A stretch of 64,000 nucleotides of DNA from Harriotta raleighana (Eukaryota). A program made the position numbers and the translations under genes. Of this stretch, positions 23,601 through 38,016 are shown one piece after another. The stretch is taken from the NCBI GenBank assembly GCA_050575255.1, contig JBNZDD010013632.1:2426480-2490479 (forward strand). Direction: 5' to 3'. Position 1 is the first letter of the stretch; each line of letters starts with the position of its first letter. Under the pieces are notes generated by a model. The model saw nothing but the letters and a program-made list of their open reading frames with translations. It was not told the DNA's origin and did no database searches.

Positions 23601-25191
23601 ATGTCATCATTTTGCATTATCAACCACTACTTCTCTTTGTGTGAAGTTCACATCACCCTTGTGGTCGAACAAATGATTCAATATTTGTTCAGGAGTTTCA
23701 ATAACACACTTATCCTTGAGGTATCTCATCTCTAGGGCAAAGAGCACAAATGAAAAGCAAGTGTGAAAAATACAATTCTATTTCTCAATAAAAAAAACTA
23801 CAATCTCGTTTGAACTTGGAACAAAATACATTGTAGAGTTACCCATTTAGTTCATAATTTGATTAATAATCATCCTAGGCAACTGCATGTATTGCAACAT
23901 TTTGCAGAGCAATATTTCCAAAATGAGTGTCTTGTTTTCACAGGTTACATCATGGATGCGTGTGCACTTTCACTCAACCTTAGAATAATCACAGTTTCAT
24001 ATGCACAGGAAATCATTTTGCAGGCTATTCTATGACAGGAAATGTCCTCAAAAGTTTATAAATGGCAAGGAAACTTCATAAACTTTATACAGCAAATGGG
24101 AATTAAGTTGGGAAGCGGTTTTCTGCTGCGGTGCATGAATAATCACACACTGTGCAAGCAAATGGCCACCTTGCTATGTGCAATATATGAAAACAGTTGT
24201 CCAGTAACCCAAAGCATCTGGGAAAGAGTGGTTTATCAGATTCAATCTGGGATACAAGACCCATAAATGTGTTACAATATGAATAAAAGACAACCAGTCA
24301 AAATGTTGGGTACTTTTCCCGCATACGCTGAGAGTCTGTTCTATCTATGAATTTGAGAAATCAAATTCCATAATACACAAGAGCACCTCCTGGTGGAGGC
24401 AGAGACTTGACTCCCCGACTGGTGTTGGAGATGCCTGGAGTTGGCTCATTCTGCCTAAGGACAGAGAGAAGCATGAGCAGGGATAACGTTAGGGTAAAAA
24501 TGACAAAGATTTTAATTGCATTCGAAAATTTTCACTCCACAAATGATTGATAGAGAGTGAAGTTAAATATCATTTGGAGCTGCCCTGGAGCTTTGCTATT
24601 GACAGACAGCAACACTGTTGGTTATAACAGCTCAAGTACAGTGGTACTTTATTTTCCTGTCTTTATTAATGATTAAATCAGCAAAACAAAACCTCTGTAC
24701 AATAACCTTGCATCTATTACTCTGTGATTACAGTTTAAGGTTAGCAGTTTGTGAAACCAAAATAGATATGCAAGCACAGGAGCATTTTTTTCCATACTCC
24801 TAGAAAAAAATGTATTATAAAATGCTATTGCACTTCACTAAAATCTATATCTCTGATGCAACTTGAGATGTGTAATGGAATCTGGGAGTACAGTAACTGA
24901 TTATCACTCCTCTACCCTTGGTATTACCGCAGAAAACCAGTTTATCACGAGTTGTTGAGGAATGCATCCAACCTTAAAATGCCTTACGCCAATAGCATTC
25001 ATGGCAATTCTTAAAAGCGTTATAAAGAAAACTAAAAACTACTAACTCACAATAAATAGAAAAACAAGGTTTGCCTTTCTTTTGTATGTACGAGTCTTTC
25101 TTTGCATTGATGAGTGAAACCTACATTTGTTCGTGTGCAACATCCACATATTATTTATAGCAAAAATTCCAACTGTCGTAAACAAGAAAAT

Positions 25192-25406
25192 ACTGTAAAG
25201 TGAATTGACTGTATATTTGTGATCGAAACGCGGTAGCCATTTGTGCATAGCAGTGTCCGATAAACAGTCATGAATTGTATTTTTTTGGGAGGGATTATTA
25301 TCAGGTATGTGGATTAAGGAATCTTGGCCAAGGTGTCACCCTGCCTGGAATTGAATCCAAGTCTCTCGCGTTTAAGGAGAGTGCTCTAACCACTGAGCTA
25401 CAGGAC
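25192..25406 (-). mobile_element. tRNA-derived SINE with intact Pol III head
   Basis: Reverse complement GTCCTGTAGCTCAGTGGTTAGAGCAC...GGATTCAATTCCAGGCAGGG (A and B boxes), followed by the family body. Confidence 0.85.
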
Positions 25407-25469
25407 TCCACAATTAAATATAACTATATGAATATAGCCGTGGGAGCCGTGAAGTCAATCTGCTTTAAA

Positions 25470-25700
25470 GGCTCCTGTTTATGCAGAGAATGAGTTAGGA
25501 TGTGGAATGCTCTGCTGGAGTGGCGATTTAGGCAAAATCCACATTAGCCTTCAAAGGGGAGCTAGATAAATATCTAAAAAGGAGTAACTACAGAAGTGTG
25601 GGGAGAGGCCAGGTAAATGGAACTGAAAAGATTGCTCTTTGAAGAGCCAACACCGATACAAATTGCCTTCTTCAGTGCTATCCATTTCCATGGATCTAAA
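25470..25700 (+). mobile_element. CR1 LINE 3' end
   Basis: (R)MWNAL...FKGELDKYL coding end, then the GGGGAGAGG...GCTCTTTGAAGAGCCA...TGCCTTCTTCAGTGCT tail. Confidence 0.75.
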
Positions 25701-28271
25701 TTTCTAAGTTATTAAAAGTCAGATGGTCTGATATAATAATAGATGCAAAACATTTTCCACAATGAAATATTGATCACTGATGGAACAAAAAAATCCAGTC
25801 ATTGTTCTTTATCCACTCAGCAAGTGTGTTTGTTGTGTTGTCATGGATGTCACAAAACACACTGCTGAAATCTTCAGAGGTGAAGGGGTAATGAATGTTA
25901 CTTTATAAACAAAAAATATTTTTATAAATTCTCTGCTCATTATAGACCCACCCCTTTCTCTATCTTGTCATTTCAACCTTAATCTCCTGACCTAGTGAGA
26001 GGAAAATCACTCACAACAACTTTGTGTTGCAATATAGTCGACAGTAATCAAGACATGATTTTGATGGGTACGATACTTGGTAATTATATATATCTTGTTG
26101 ACTCAGCATCTGATTGACAAACAGAGAAGTCAAAGAGAGCATGCAGCAGATTTCTGCATGATTATTACCTTATTTACTGACACAGACAAGGACATTGTTC
26201 CAAGGATTCTGAAACAGTCATTGTCCCAACTCTTTTGAAAGACTAAGGCTGTGCTGAAATGCTTCCAAGCGATTTAGTTGCTAATGAATGCATTCCTAGA
26301 AGTTTGTCAGCAACTTTGAATTATACCGTCTCATGACACATTGAGTTAATATGACTACATTTTAGATAATGAAACCTTAATTTTCTAAGTAAATTAAAAC
26401 AATATTCCAACATAACAGAGAACTTGCAGTGTGCACATACTGCATTTCATTTATAATGGAATACAATTATAATACTATAACCACACATAAGAAACTTTTT
26501 TTTAATATAAGAAAGAATGCAACCACTTCAGATCCTATTGCAGATCTATAGTATGCCCCAGGGATGATATACTAGTCTAGGAAACTGAGGTCCTATTGTC
26601 TGCATTTGTGTTTGAAAGTGGGGAAGATCAGTGTAAATAGTCTGCTGTGGTATCATCACTGAGCACTGATGTCATGATATCAACTTCAAAGCATGCCCAA
26701 TGAAGCTTGTCTGCCCCAGACATTGCTCACCTGCCTGAAAATAGCTACCAAAGATAATGCAATTTCTTTTCTTCAGGATTCATGGATAAATATGATTTGT
26801 CTGAGAAAGGAATGCATATTTGAGAGAAAGTGAGCAAATTCTTATTTCCTTTGTATTTAAGCAAGTCCTAGTCATATCAACCATGGCAGAAGCTGGAACT
26901 GATTAGGTGAACATGTGTTTGAGTTAAAACAAAATGATTACAACTAATTTATATGCCAAAGAGTAGTTAGGGTGCCAAAATAAAGATCAAGTCTTGAGGT
27001 GTATTCATAGTTAACAAGTTTGATCAAAGCTGTTGCACAACTAATAAAATGTTTCAGTATGTTAGTCATGTGAAAAAGTTCAAATCATACAAGTGAAATG
27101 CAAAAATAATCAAATGATGTCCAGGTTTATGAAACAGGATTATTTATGATGAACAATAAAGTGTAGGTTAGTGCAATATGTTAGTGCATTCCATTAGAAT
27201 TCACTAGTGTATTTAAGAAATGTTGCATTGTGTATATTTTCCAAGTGTATTAAAAGTTATCTGGGAATGGAACTCAATTATTGTACAAAACGTTCTGTCT
27301 CGATTCTTCGAATAGAAGACAGATTCTCATTCCTCGATCCAGCAGTGATGGAAATGCTGTTATCTATGGCTTGGACTATTGCGGTTTTAAAGGTAAATAA
27401 AGTTTGTTGCAGCTCTAATCAGTCTGTAAGGTAAATATGATCAACTAAATATTTCTTCAGGATACATGCTTTGGGACAGTAAACAGTTAAGACTTTCCTT
27501 TGTAGTTCTGATTACATGTTACTGCACTCTATATACTTATTCAACCAAACTGGGAAACAGTTTAGTTGCTGTACAATATGCAAAAATAACAAGGAATTGT
27601 TTTGTTTCAAGAAACAAGACAGAGGAAACATGGAGGGATTAAAAGATTATTTACTGCACAGTTCTTCTTTCTGTGTTTTCTAACTGACCAATGCAGAGAA
27701 GGAGAAAGATGATGTACTGTACTACTCCCGTGTTAGATGATATACAATTATGTATGAAGGTGTGATGTGTATGAGCGTCAATGGTATATTTACATTAAAA
27801 AGTATTAGAATCCCCAAACTCCTCTATCACATTCATATTTGAAGTGCTTATATTTCAGTACAATGTTGAGGCTCAGTAATAACAACAACAACCACAAAAT
27901 TACACTTGCCTCTCACATCAGGAGGATGTCCTAAGGAGCTGTTGTATTTTTGTAATCTCATGTAAAATGGTGTAAGTATATCACTTTCCTCTCCCCCAAA
28001 CAATCCTCCCCCCAGTTCCTGGGAGCTCTGGTTCCATTGGCATAGTCAACCCGAGTTTGTTGCCCAAGTTATTGAAATGATTTGAAAAATGCAACTGAAA
28101 ATTCCTTTTAGTTTTTGACATTTAAAGAGAAGCTGGAAAGCAAGGGGCTAAAGTCTAACTCCAGTGGCACTGATGGCTTACCAGACATTACTGCACAATC
28201 ATTAGTCATAAAATGCCTGTGCTTTCAAATTCATACGTCAGTCATTATCTTAAAATTAGAAAGTGTAAAAC

Positions 28272-28360
28272 TGGGGAGCTCAGTGGTGCAATGTGTTAGC
28301 ACACTGTTCTTTCACCTTTGGGACTTGGTTTAAATCTAACCCAGACTGATGGGAAAGAAA
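28272..28360 (+). mobile_element. Ancient tRNA-SINE head (LF-SINE-like 5' end)
   Basis: GGAGCTCAGTGGTGCAATGTGTTAG...CTTTCACCTTTGGGACTTGGTTTAAATCTAACCCAGACTGATGG. Confidence 0.45.
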
Positions 28361-31300
28361 ATGTTCTACTAATGTTTTGCTGCTCTCTGAATTTTACATT
28401 AAGATGCAAGATGTGTGACAGCCAACGGCAAGGCATGTTTGTCTACTTGTGCTGTGTAACAATTTACTGATGCATCGAGTGACGAACGTTCAATTTAAAA
28501 TAAGGTCATGAAGGAAGTTTCATTGCAGTCATTAAAAATGTATTGCAATACATTTCTAGACATTTTTAAAAGTTAAGGTGCAGGATTTAATAATACCCAT
28601 CAAGAGTTCTGGTTGCAAATTGAGGAAACGTTGACACATCTGTGCATAGTGCTAGAGGATTAGTTGTTGGCATGCAAATGATAGTTAAAATCATTTCTGT
28701 AGTCAACTATATTATGATAATTATATGTAGATAAACATAAACCCAGCAAATCTCGTTGCACACTCTAGGTGCAAAGTATCAATAAGTATCAATAAGTGTT
28801 ATAAAGCGAGTGAACACCTCTGAAAGGCAGTTCAACTAACTAATTCTTGATGCTAACTCATTGGGAATTCATAGGTTTTTTTTTGTCCCCCAACCCTCAA
28901 ATAATGCCCACACTCGGAGGGAGATATTTGGCAGAAAGTCAACTGAGGCATTGATCTTACGTTTCAAGTAAAACCACCAGGATGAAACTAACAATTATGA
29001 ATCACACCTGAATCTGAAGATTAAATTACTTATTCCCAGTGAGTGTGTGTTTCTTTTAATCATTTTGACGATCATGTAATTTGACACTGACGTAGGACTT
29101 TCATGTATTGTCATGCATATGTGCAGGAGGTTTAGATCCAATGATTTAGGAACAAGGATACTACAGCTGGTTGCAATGACCTGAAGCTATAGTGTCACAT
29201 GACAGAACTTGTAGCACCAACAATTGCTTCAGCAGCTTTGGGCCACTTTATGAACAATGCAGTAAATGTATGAGATCATTACGTTTCCTTTCTGTTCAGT
29301 CAACAGTTCGGGTGCGCTCCTCACCGACGGTATAAGGGAAACCGGCTATGTTATGATACTCTATTAAATTTAACTGATGTTAGGTGGTGTCTCTGACTGA
29401 TCAATCCAATCTATGCAAACACATGAAGAAATAAAGAAAATTTGTTTGGTTAAACAATGCATTTTTCATAGACTCAGAATTGAATCCAGTACAATTTTGC
29501 AAATAGTTGCTTCGTCGAATGTAATGGGAGTCCAATTATCTGGAACTACATTTGGAATCATTTTCAAATAGTCACGAGAGATTTTTTTTCAGGCAGCTTC
29601 AATTGTGTGCGAAAAATGCAATGTGTGAAAAAGATGTTTCTCAGAAATCTGTCCTTTGGCTCTTAAAAGCATTTAGAAGCCTGCAACATTTGGAACGCAA
29701 ATCCCACACCAATAATGTTATCTTTCTTTGAATAGCTTGGAAAACAAAGTTTCGAAACAGTACAAGCATTATCGTATAATGCACAGTGCAATCGCACTAC
29801 TAAGAATGTTCCCGGTGCTTGGAAAATAAACCACCATGCCAAGAATTATGATACTAAATGAAACAAATGCAGAACTAGGATACTCAAATGTTACAAACCT
29901 GTAAAAGGAAATTAAAACATTACAGTTACGATGACAATTACTGATTCAGTAATACTGAACAGACAAAACTGTTTGGGTGGACGATGTTTCTAAACTGCTC
30001 AGTGTGTCCACATATTGAGAGTTTTTACATTGTATATGAAAACACAGAACTATGCCTTAATTGAATTATCTGCTATATTGAATTGTGAAGCAAGAGCCTA
30101 GAAACCTAATGACTATTTTAGACCTACTTTCAATTAGGTTGTTCAAAAGAATTCAATAAGGATATACAGATTAGTGCCAGGCAAACTGTGCAAGTCAAAA
30201 AGTCCTTTCAGGATTCCTGTGTTAATGATTATTTACAATGAATCATGTATTCATTGTTCCTCTGTTCTGACATGTTCCTTTATTACTGTCTTTTTTTAAT
30301 CCACACAAATGAGCCCAGTGTAACAGCTGTGCGATCTTAATGACAATTTCATCTCTGTTTTAATGGTTTGAAGCAAATAATTAAAACCCGTATTTACCTT
30401 CCGCTGCTTAGCTGCAATTCAGTGTTTTTCATTTTGTATCCAAGCAATGACATATTGATGTCACAGATAATAAATCACTCCAATTTGTTCGTCTCTGAAC
30501 AACAGCCTTAATCTTCATTTATGACTACAAAGTCCATTTCATGGAAGCCTCTGATAAAATACTCAATTACCATTTTTCTGCTGCATACACACAGCACAAT
30601 TCAATTGTCATGCTGATAAAATGTTCAGCTTAGCAGATAAACTGCATATAATTCCAGCAGAACAAATGTCAAGAACATTTAACATAAGCAAGAATTTGCT
30701 GATTTCTTTGCAGTCTATTCTCAGTGACACAGGATTCAATATTTTTTTTGGCCTAAAGCTGACGATTAGAATATTTTCCTGACACCTGCTCCCAACAGTA
30801 AAACATTTAATGCATTAAAAATTAATAAGACAGCACACTGCTGGAGTTCCTAGGTCATTTGAAACAAAGATTACAAAGCATGCAAACCTAGTGCACACAA
30901 ATGGGAAGAACCAAATGAGAGGGAAAGAATGAATAGAGCAAAGGGGAAAAAAAATATCAGGCTACAGAAATATAGATAGAACAAATAGCTATTTAGAAAC
31001 ATATCATTGCCAATCCAATAGAATAATTTGCTTGACTCATTCATTTTGAATATCTCAAAATAATTTTGCACAAATGTCCACATCTCTTTTGTAGATTTGT
31101 TAACTGAATATGTTGATTCCATCTTTAAATTCAGAAAATGTGTGCTACTACGAGTCAAGCTCCATCACCAAAACCAAGATGATACATGCGGTTGTGAAGT
31201 CACTGGCTATAGCTCCTACCCAATCACCACACCTGCTATAATGAAATCATCTGGTATAGTTCTAGGATCAGAGACAGTGTCTGCTAAACAGTATTTACTC

Positions 31301-32129
31301 AATGGAGGCATCTTGCAAATTATTTCACACGTGCACATTGGAAAATGTGTAACAAACAAGACATAACTTTTCCCGGGAAAGCCACAGAGAATAGGAATGT
31401 CAAGCAATGAAAGCTTAAGTAGCTTATTGATTTTAAAATATGCAGCAAATTCTGTTTGTTTCAGGAAACACCTATAAATCATTTTCTTGATAACAGCTGT
31501 GCATTTCAATGACCAGTGCATCCAGGTTAAAAAGTCCCAGGTTAAGCATTTTCTGCAGTGAAAACAAAATATCACAATTAACAAATGAATACCCGAGGCA
31601 TGAACATAACTGTACCAAACAGCTCAGATATTGTGCCCTTTTTAAAAAAAAAGCCCACATTTTCTTTCTTCCTTCCTCCTAAAATTTGAGTAAGAATTGA
31701 TTGTTTTTTAAAAATAATTCATTCTAAAAGTCATCTGTATCTAATGTATTACGCTTCCCCTCCTCTTTACATCGGTCTATGCCACACACCATTCCACAGA
31801 CCAGCAACAAAGCTGACAGGTACAACTTCTCCCATTATGCCAGTAGGTATGAAAGAATATCCTGGGTTATTTTGCCCTTTACCCCACCCCATATGTGGTT
31901 AAGATGCTTGAGGGTATGTCCTATATCCTCTTACGCTTAGGTTGAGATTAGACACTCACCCATTGCAGAAAAACATCAACATAGTTTCACGTCCCGCTGC
32001 TGTTGAGCATTGTACAACAGCATCCACATAGCACATGACCACCATGGAACTATCATTTACAAATTGCTTATAACTAACAGAAACAGGAAGTGGTCAACTC
32101 TCACAATCCACATTCATAATACCAGTGGT

Positions 32130-32238
32130 TTTGCTTTGCACGGAAGAAGCTCGTACCTCTGTGTCCAAGCAAATATTTCCTTTTCTTCCAACGTGGAGGG
32201 CGCTATATAAATCCAAGTTGTTGTTGCTGTTGTTGTTC
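32130..32238 (+). mobile_element. L2-type tail with (GTT)n
   Basis: CCAACGTGGAGGGCGCTATATAAATCCAAGTTGTTGTT. Similar short tails at ~435-490, 6370-6430, 7975-8035(-), 10270-10333, 27880-27935(-), 55045-55095, 55760-55815, 59015-59105. Confidence 0.7.
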
Positions 32239-35200
32239 TTGGGGCTATCTGACTAGCAAAGAGATAGGAGTGACAGTGTTTGATGCTCAGCTAGAGGGTA
32301 GCGAGTTGAAGCTTCAGGACCCATGAAACTTACTTGCGTCAGTTGCATTCATTTGGTTTGTCACTGGGTGCAATATGGCACCGAAACGTTCTGCCTTGCG
32401 GAGAGGTGGAAACAACGAGGAACTAATTAAGATCCTCTTGCTTTGCTTCAGCCACACCTCCTACTGACAGTTCAGGGGCAGAAACCTAGTCACTCAGCAT
32501 ACCCTCAAAGTAGAGCAGGGTGGAGGATGGTAAGCAACAGCATCAGAGAGAAACGTACGGGCAAAGGAAGGAAAACATTCAGCATTTAACTTTTGCATAT
32601 AATCACTGGGTTTCCAGGAGCACTCTGATGCATGTTTCTGCAGCCAAGTCTGGAAGCTAGGCAGCAGTGATTAAAAGGTGTGGTGCCAACTTAACTGGCA
32701 AAATAGACTACATATAAATCATCAAATAAACAAATCATGAAATGAATATGTAAATTGTACATTTAACCTCTACACAGCAGTGACTGTCATTCTGTTCAAA
32801 TTTAAGATCATTGTAATCTTACAACTCTAAAAATGCTTTTGATAAAAGCATGACACATTCAATAAGTAAACAGTGAGCTGGAACCCTGAGCAATTTGAAT
32901 CATTATAAAACCCGGGGTGAAAAAGGCATCACATTCATGTGCTAATGTAGGTTCTGGTTATGATATGAATATTTGCCTAACAAAAACCCTTCTGTCTTTA
33001 CTTGAAGACAAAAATAATGAATGTCAACATAAAATTCCCTTTTCTGCCCTTTGCCTATGGCTGACGTTCAATTATAACAAGAAAAACAGCAGCTCATCTC
33101 TGTGCTGGGAAAGAAAATGAGTCAGGCACTGATTTATAGCCTGCTGAAAATCCATCCATGTAATGGACCAATCTTTACGTGAGACTGCTATCCATTACTT
33201 TAACTGGGGCCTCCTTGCCCTGATGGTGTTATAGGACATCTGTCAGCACCAAAGAGATTCAGAGAAACAATAGCATCAACAGACACATTTCCTTTTATCT
33301 CAGTGTTAGTGAAACTCTCTAGACTCATTTTCTAATAAACCTGGCTTCGAGTAATTGAAATAATTTAATTAACTGATGTAATTTGTAAAGATGAGGCTGC
33401 GGTTAAAACCGTAGTATCTGCTTTCAGAATGACATTCTTATTAAGTCAATTTCACAAATTCAAAGTCAGCCAACCAGAGATTTCACCATAATTAGCTGAC
33501 TTTTAGCAGGTCCATCACAGAATAGTTGCTTGCTTTTTTGGGTCAAATTTTGGCAAACAAACACACACACTAATGCAAAGTCCTTTGTGCACAAATTCAG
33601 GCTTTTTTTTGTATGTAACAGCTGGTGACTTGCTGACCCTTCCAAAAAATTTCAATTGTCCCGTACTATATGGTGAGCTCTTTGCTGCAATCTCTAGCAT
33701 TTCAACTCCCCCTCCGGTTCACCAACAATGAAGACAATATCACTAGGAATTTTAATTTTTTTTTCATCCCAGTGACAGAAGGAAAGGTTACCTCCTTGGT
33801 ACTCACTGACCTCTCGGGAAAGCTTCTCTTTCATTTAAAAAAAATACAAACCTGTAGTGTAATGAGCTTTAAACAGGAATCTGTAAACACCACACGGTGT
33901 TCAATCATTGACAGTCGTACCCAAATTAGCCTTTCTACTTAAGTGCCCCTTCACACAGTATTAAAACCACTAGTCATTTTATATAAAAGCTATCAGGTTA
34001 AGAAACAACTTGCTACATGATGTTATAGACTTACAATTTACCCTAGGACAATGTAGGTTTTATTTTCGCCATACACATACCGTATCTTGTAAGACTTAAT
34101 AGGATGTTTGTATCACAAAAATATGGAAAAATTTGCATAAAAAGTAACTTTTTAACCAAGCATTTGGGTAAGATGCTTGAGTTTGTTAAAGAGTTCCAAA
34201 AATGTTTTATTTTATGTTGGAACTGACCGTACAATTCAGTTAATTGTCTTGGCAGTCATCTGAGTAATAGAAAACCTTAGCAGCAGCAAAATGATGCTCC
34301 TCAATCTGAATCCAAAGCGCAAAGGCGTGTAGTACCAATTTGCCAAAGGATCAAAAAAAATTGAAATCAGATAATCTAGACTGAAGCATTCTCAAATGGT
34401 TAACTTGACATCCTCCACCAAAAAGTAAACCATTCCAATTTGAATGCGATTCTATTAAAAAACACAGTAAAAATGCTTTCATGTCAGTCCAGGTTAAGTA
34501 TTGTTACAATTTATGAGATCTTGTCTCTGTTGCTTTATACTTGCCTCGATTTCCATAAATTGTTCATCCTGTGAGGATGTGTCCATTATTTATCTCAAAA
34601 AATGTCTTGTAGCATCTTTTTCATGTTAAAAAACCTCTTGAAATGTAAATAAAAGTCTTCAGAGCTAACAAGCCACCACATTAAAACATAATTAAACACC
34701 AGAATCCTGTAACCTGACAAAGTTTAAACCTGTTAGTTTAAGGAACTGCTATTCATCTAAACAGAGTAGAAGAAACATTATTTCACTACAACTTTGAAAT
34801 ATAAAAGGCTGTCAGTTCAGCTAGCTTAAAAAGTTCATGTCATAATGTCTACAGCCTATAAATCTTTCCTTTACAATGCCCATTATAAGTTTGTACTTTC
34901 ATAAGTAGACTTCTTATACACCCTGATAAATAATCTAAATATAGTCTTATGCTATCCCAACTAATGTAGCTGACAATGTTGTTAGCAAATTGCCAAAGAA
35001 ATCAGTGGAGGCATAGATTCCTTTGTGGTATATGAATATGATGTCGGTCTGGGTTGTTTAGCTGTCTGGACTATTAAGAGTCAGTGAAATTGTCATTAAA
35101 GTGAATGGAAAGGCTGCTTATGGTGGCTACCAGCTTAGGCTGCCAAAGCCCTTTCTGAAATCTCTGAAGCAGAAAGCACAATTTTAAAAAAAATATAGTG

Positions 35201-37779
35201 GACTGGCAGTTTCTCATATAGTAACATCCTGTAACAAGTATATTATACTGCCAGTTTTATGTTGGTGGCGATAAGAGTTATTCGAAGAGTTAAACAGCTG
35301 AGAACATAATCTACAACAGTTTTCTGTACAGTAGCTTCTTTTGATGCCAAACACAAAATGAAACAATTGTACTGATTAGTTATTGCTCAACATAAATGGT
35401 CGATTTTGTTTTGTGGCCAAACCAGCAGCACATCTGCAAAGGGTCTGGCTTCATTCCTGCTACTGTTTAACCCTGCATATATTTTCAATATAACTGATAC
35501 TCAAAAGTGATCTATCTGGTCAGAGTGACATATTTATTGCCTCATTCATTGGCCTAACATGCAAGCTGAAAAAAAACATGATTCAAAATTTCCCCCAGAA
35601 GTAATAATGCTTACATGAACAGTAAATACAGTCTTCACTAAGGCTATATGTGATGTCCTACAATGTACCAAAGGAGGTTCATGGAGTAAAATAGCATGAC
35701 CAGCTTGATGCTCTGAAGGCAGAGATGTAGTTATAAAATAACTAACATAATTTAAGATAATTTAATTTCCAATATTTTCATTGCCAAAGTGCCCAAAAAT
35801 TTGGAACAGAAATATTAGACCCAAACCATTTAACATTTTTGAAACATAATTTTAAAAATTTAAGTTCATTGAAAACATTCAGGTAAGAAAAAAGTCAGGA
35901 GAATATACACTTAATCTTCAAACCAGATTGAGAATTGCATTTTTTCTAATAAATGTAACTGACTTTTAATTTAATTCTTGGGGAAAAAAATGAAATGAGC
36001 AGACAATTGTCCATAATATATTCCAATGACATCTCACAAACTAATTTGAGTTAGATTAGAAACCTCTGCCACACGCTGTGTGAAATATTGTTAAGATTAG
36101 CAATTAATACAAAATTCTTAATTTTAAACTGTATTAAAAATGAATTGCTAGGTTTTCCCTTCCCCTGACACAGCAAACATTTAAACTAATTCCTGGTTTA
36201 ATGGTGCAACATTTAGGAATAGATGTTTACAAAACAATTTTAAAAAAAATACTAGATTTTAAAATGATATTTATTCATCACTTGCCATCCAAGAGGCTTG
36301 GTATATACAGTAGTGAGAGTTCCATTCTAAAGGCAAAATGAAAAAAACATTTCAAGTGATTTGTGAAGCAATTTCCTGAAATCTGTCACCATTGTAGACT
36401 GATCGGATTACATACACCTATTCCTCATTGATTGTTCCTTTCAATGGATTTTTGTTATTGTCCGCAGATCAGAAAAAAAATCATGCAAGACAAGCAAATG
36501 AATACTACAAGGGTGATGGCAGCCACATTATTTCCTCCCAATTTTATACCTCATTATTCCTGTAATAAAAACATTTCAGAAGTATCAAGTACAAAAAATA
36601 TTTTTGTAGCGTGTAATTGGGATTTCAAATGAGCAATTGGATTGTGTTTGCATTTTAATATTCAGAGCTGAGGAAATTCTTCCACAACTTACCTCTCTTT
36701 TTTCAACAAACATATGTAACATTCTTCTGTTAAGGGAAATAAGCCCTCTGGTGTAGGTTTGGTATGTCATTTTCCAAAGGTATCTTAAGCCCTGAAGATG
36801 TAACTTGTTTCACACTTGTCTCAATGTCATCTGCCTTATAACTATAACCCTGAGGCTGCTCAATGTCCATTTACTACTTTATCCACATTTCTGTTAGAAA
36901 GAAATGATAACTTTGAAGAATGTGGTTGTCTTTGGGGGAATGTAGTCAGTGCTACAGGTGTACAGTAACTATTCCATTTGTGGCTAGTGAGCAGCTAGGA
37001 GAAATTGGACCTTCATTTATGTCAAGCTTATAGTTTCATCACCTTGAGATGGAATTCAGTTTGAGTCCTTTATACAAACACCAGGACCTTGAGTTCATCA
37101 GGTTATCCTCATGAATTCAAGGTCCCAGGGTTTTTAATAGAGAATTTCTCCAAACTCTGTTCATGAGGCAAAATGTATTAAATTAACAATGTTGCATTTG
37201 CCAATTGTTGATTTACAGCTCAGAGCCACGAGCAATTTGCAAATCATCATCTATTTCTTCTCATGTAAATCCCCTTTGCAGTCAGAGCAAGCAAACAATT
37301 TTGCTACAGGTCTGAACTACATTCTTTTATAACAGTTACACAGCCTATTCTCTTACGTGAATTAGTAGGCATTTTATAAATGTGGCTATGAGTCAACCTT
37401 GATAGATAAAGTAATCATTAGTGTAAGAGAAATTTACAATTCTGCTGATAATGTATTCAATGTTACAGGGAAACAGAAATGCTATGTCTGAACAAGTGGA
37501 CATAGACCATTGATCATAATTTATCTAATGCTTCCCTTCATGGGTTGGGGAATGGTGAGCTTTTCACAAGATCACCAGCTGTGTCTGTGTGACTGATTGC
37601 TTAAAATGTAATTGCAGTCTTGCTTAAAAGCAATCATTCAGTTCTTACAAACTAAACAAATAAACAGTACATTGTTTAAATTAATTGACTTAAGTTTAAA
37701 CAACTTTTGCATCATTGTATGTTAGTTTATAACTAGGAGGATGATCTGAGGGGATGGAGGGGAAGTTAGAAGAATATAA

Positions 37780-38016
37780 AAATAATCCTCCCAGAAAATT
37801 TTCATTGGTAGAATGAACTGCTCAGGGTGGCTGTTGGGAGCACTCTTGGTTGGGAGTTTAAAAGAAAATAGCAGACATAGTCAGAAGAAGGATATTGAAG
37901 GGTAAAGGATTTGAGATTAGGATAGATGGATAGTTTTCTTTATTGAAGAAGAAAACACCAACTTAATATATAATGGGTCAAATGGCCTGCTACTGTGTTA
38001 TAGATTTCTATGGTTC
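37780..38016 (+). mobile_element. CR1 LINE 3' end, old
   Basis: ATGGGTCAAATGGCCTGCTACTGTGTTATAGATTTCTATGGTTCT terminal motif preceded by a degenerate WN.L...F coding end. Confidence 0.6.

Noticed and set aside
25340-25406. tRNA-like sequence with A and B boxes
   Set aside because: Continuous with a SINE body shared by many copies; a SINE head, not a tRNA gene.
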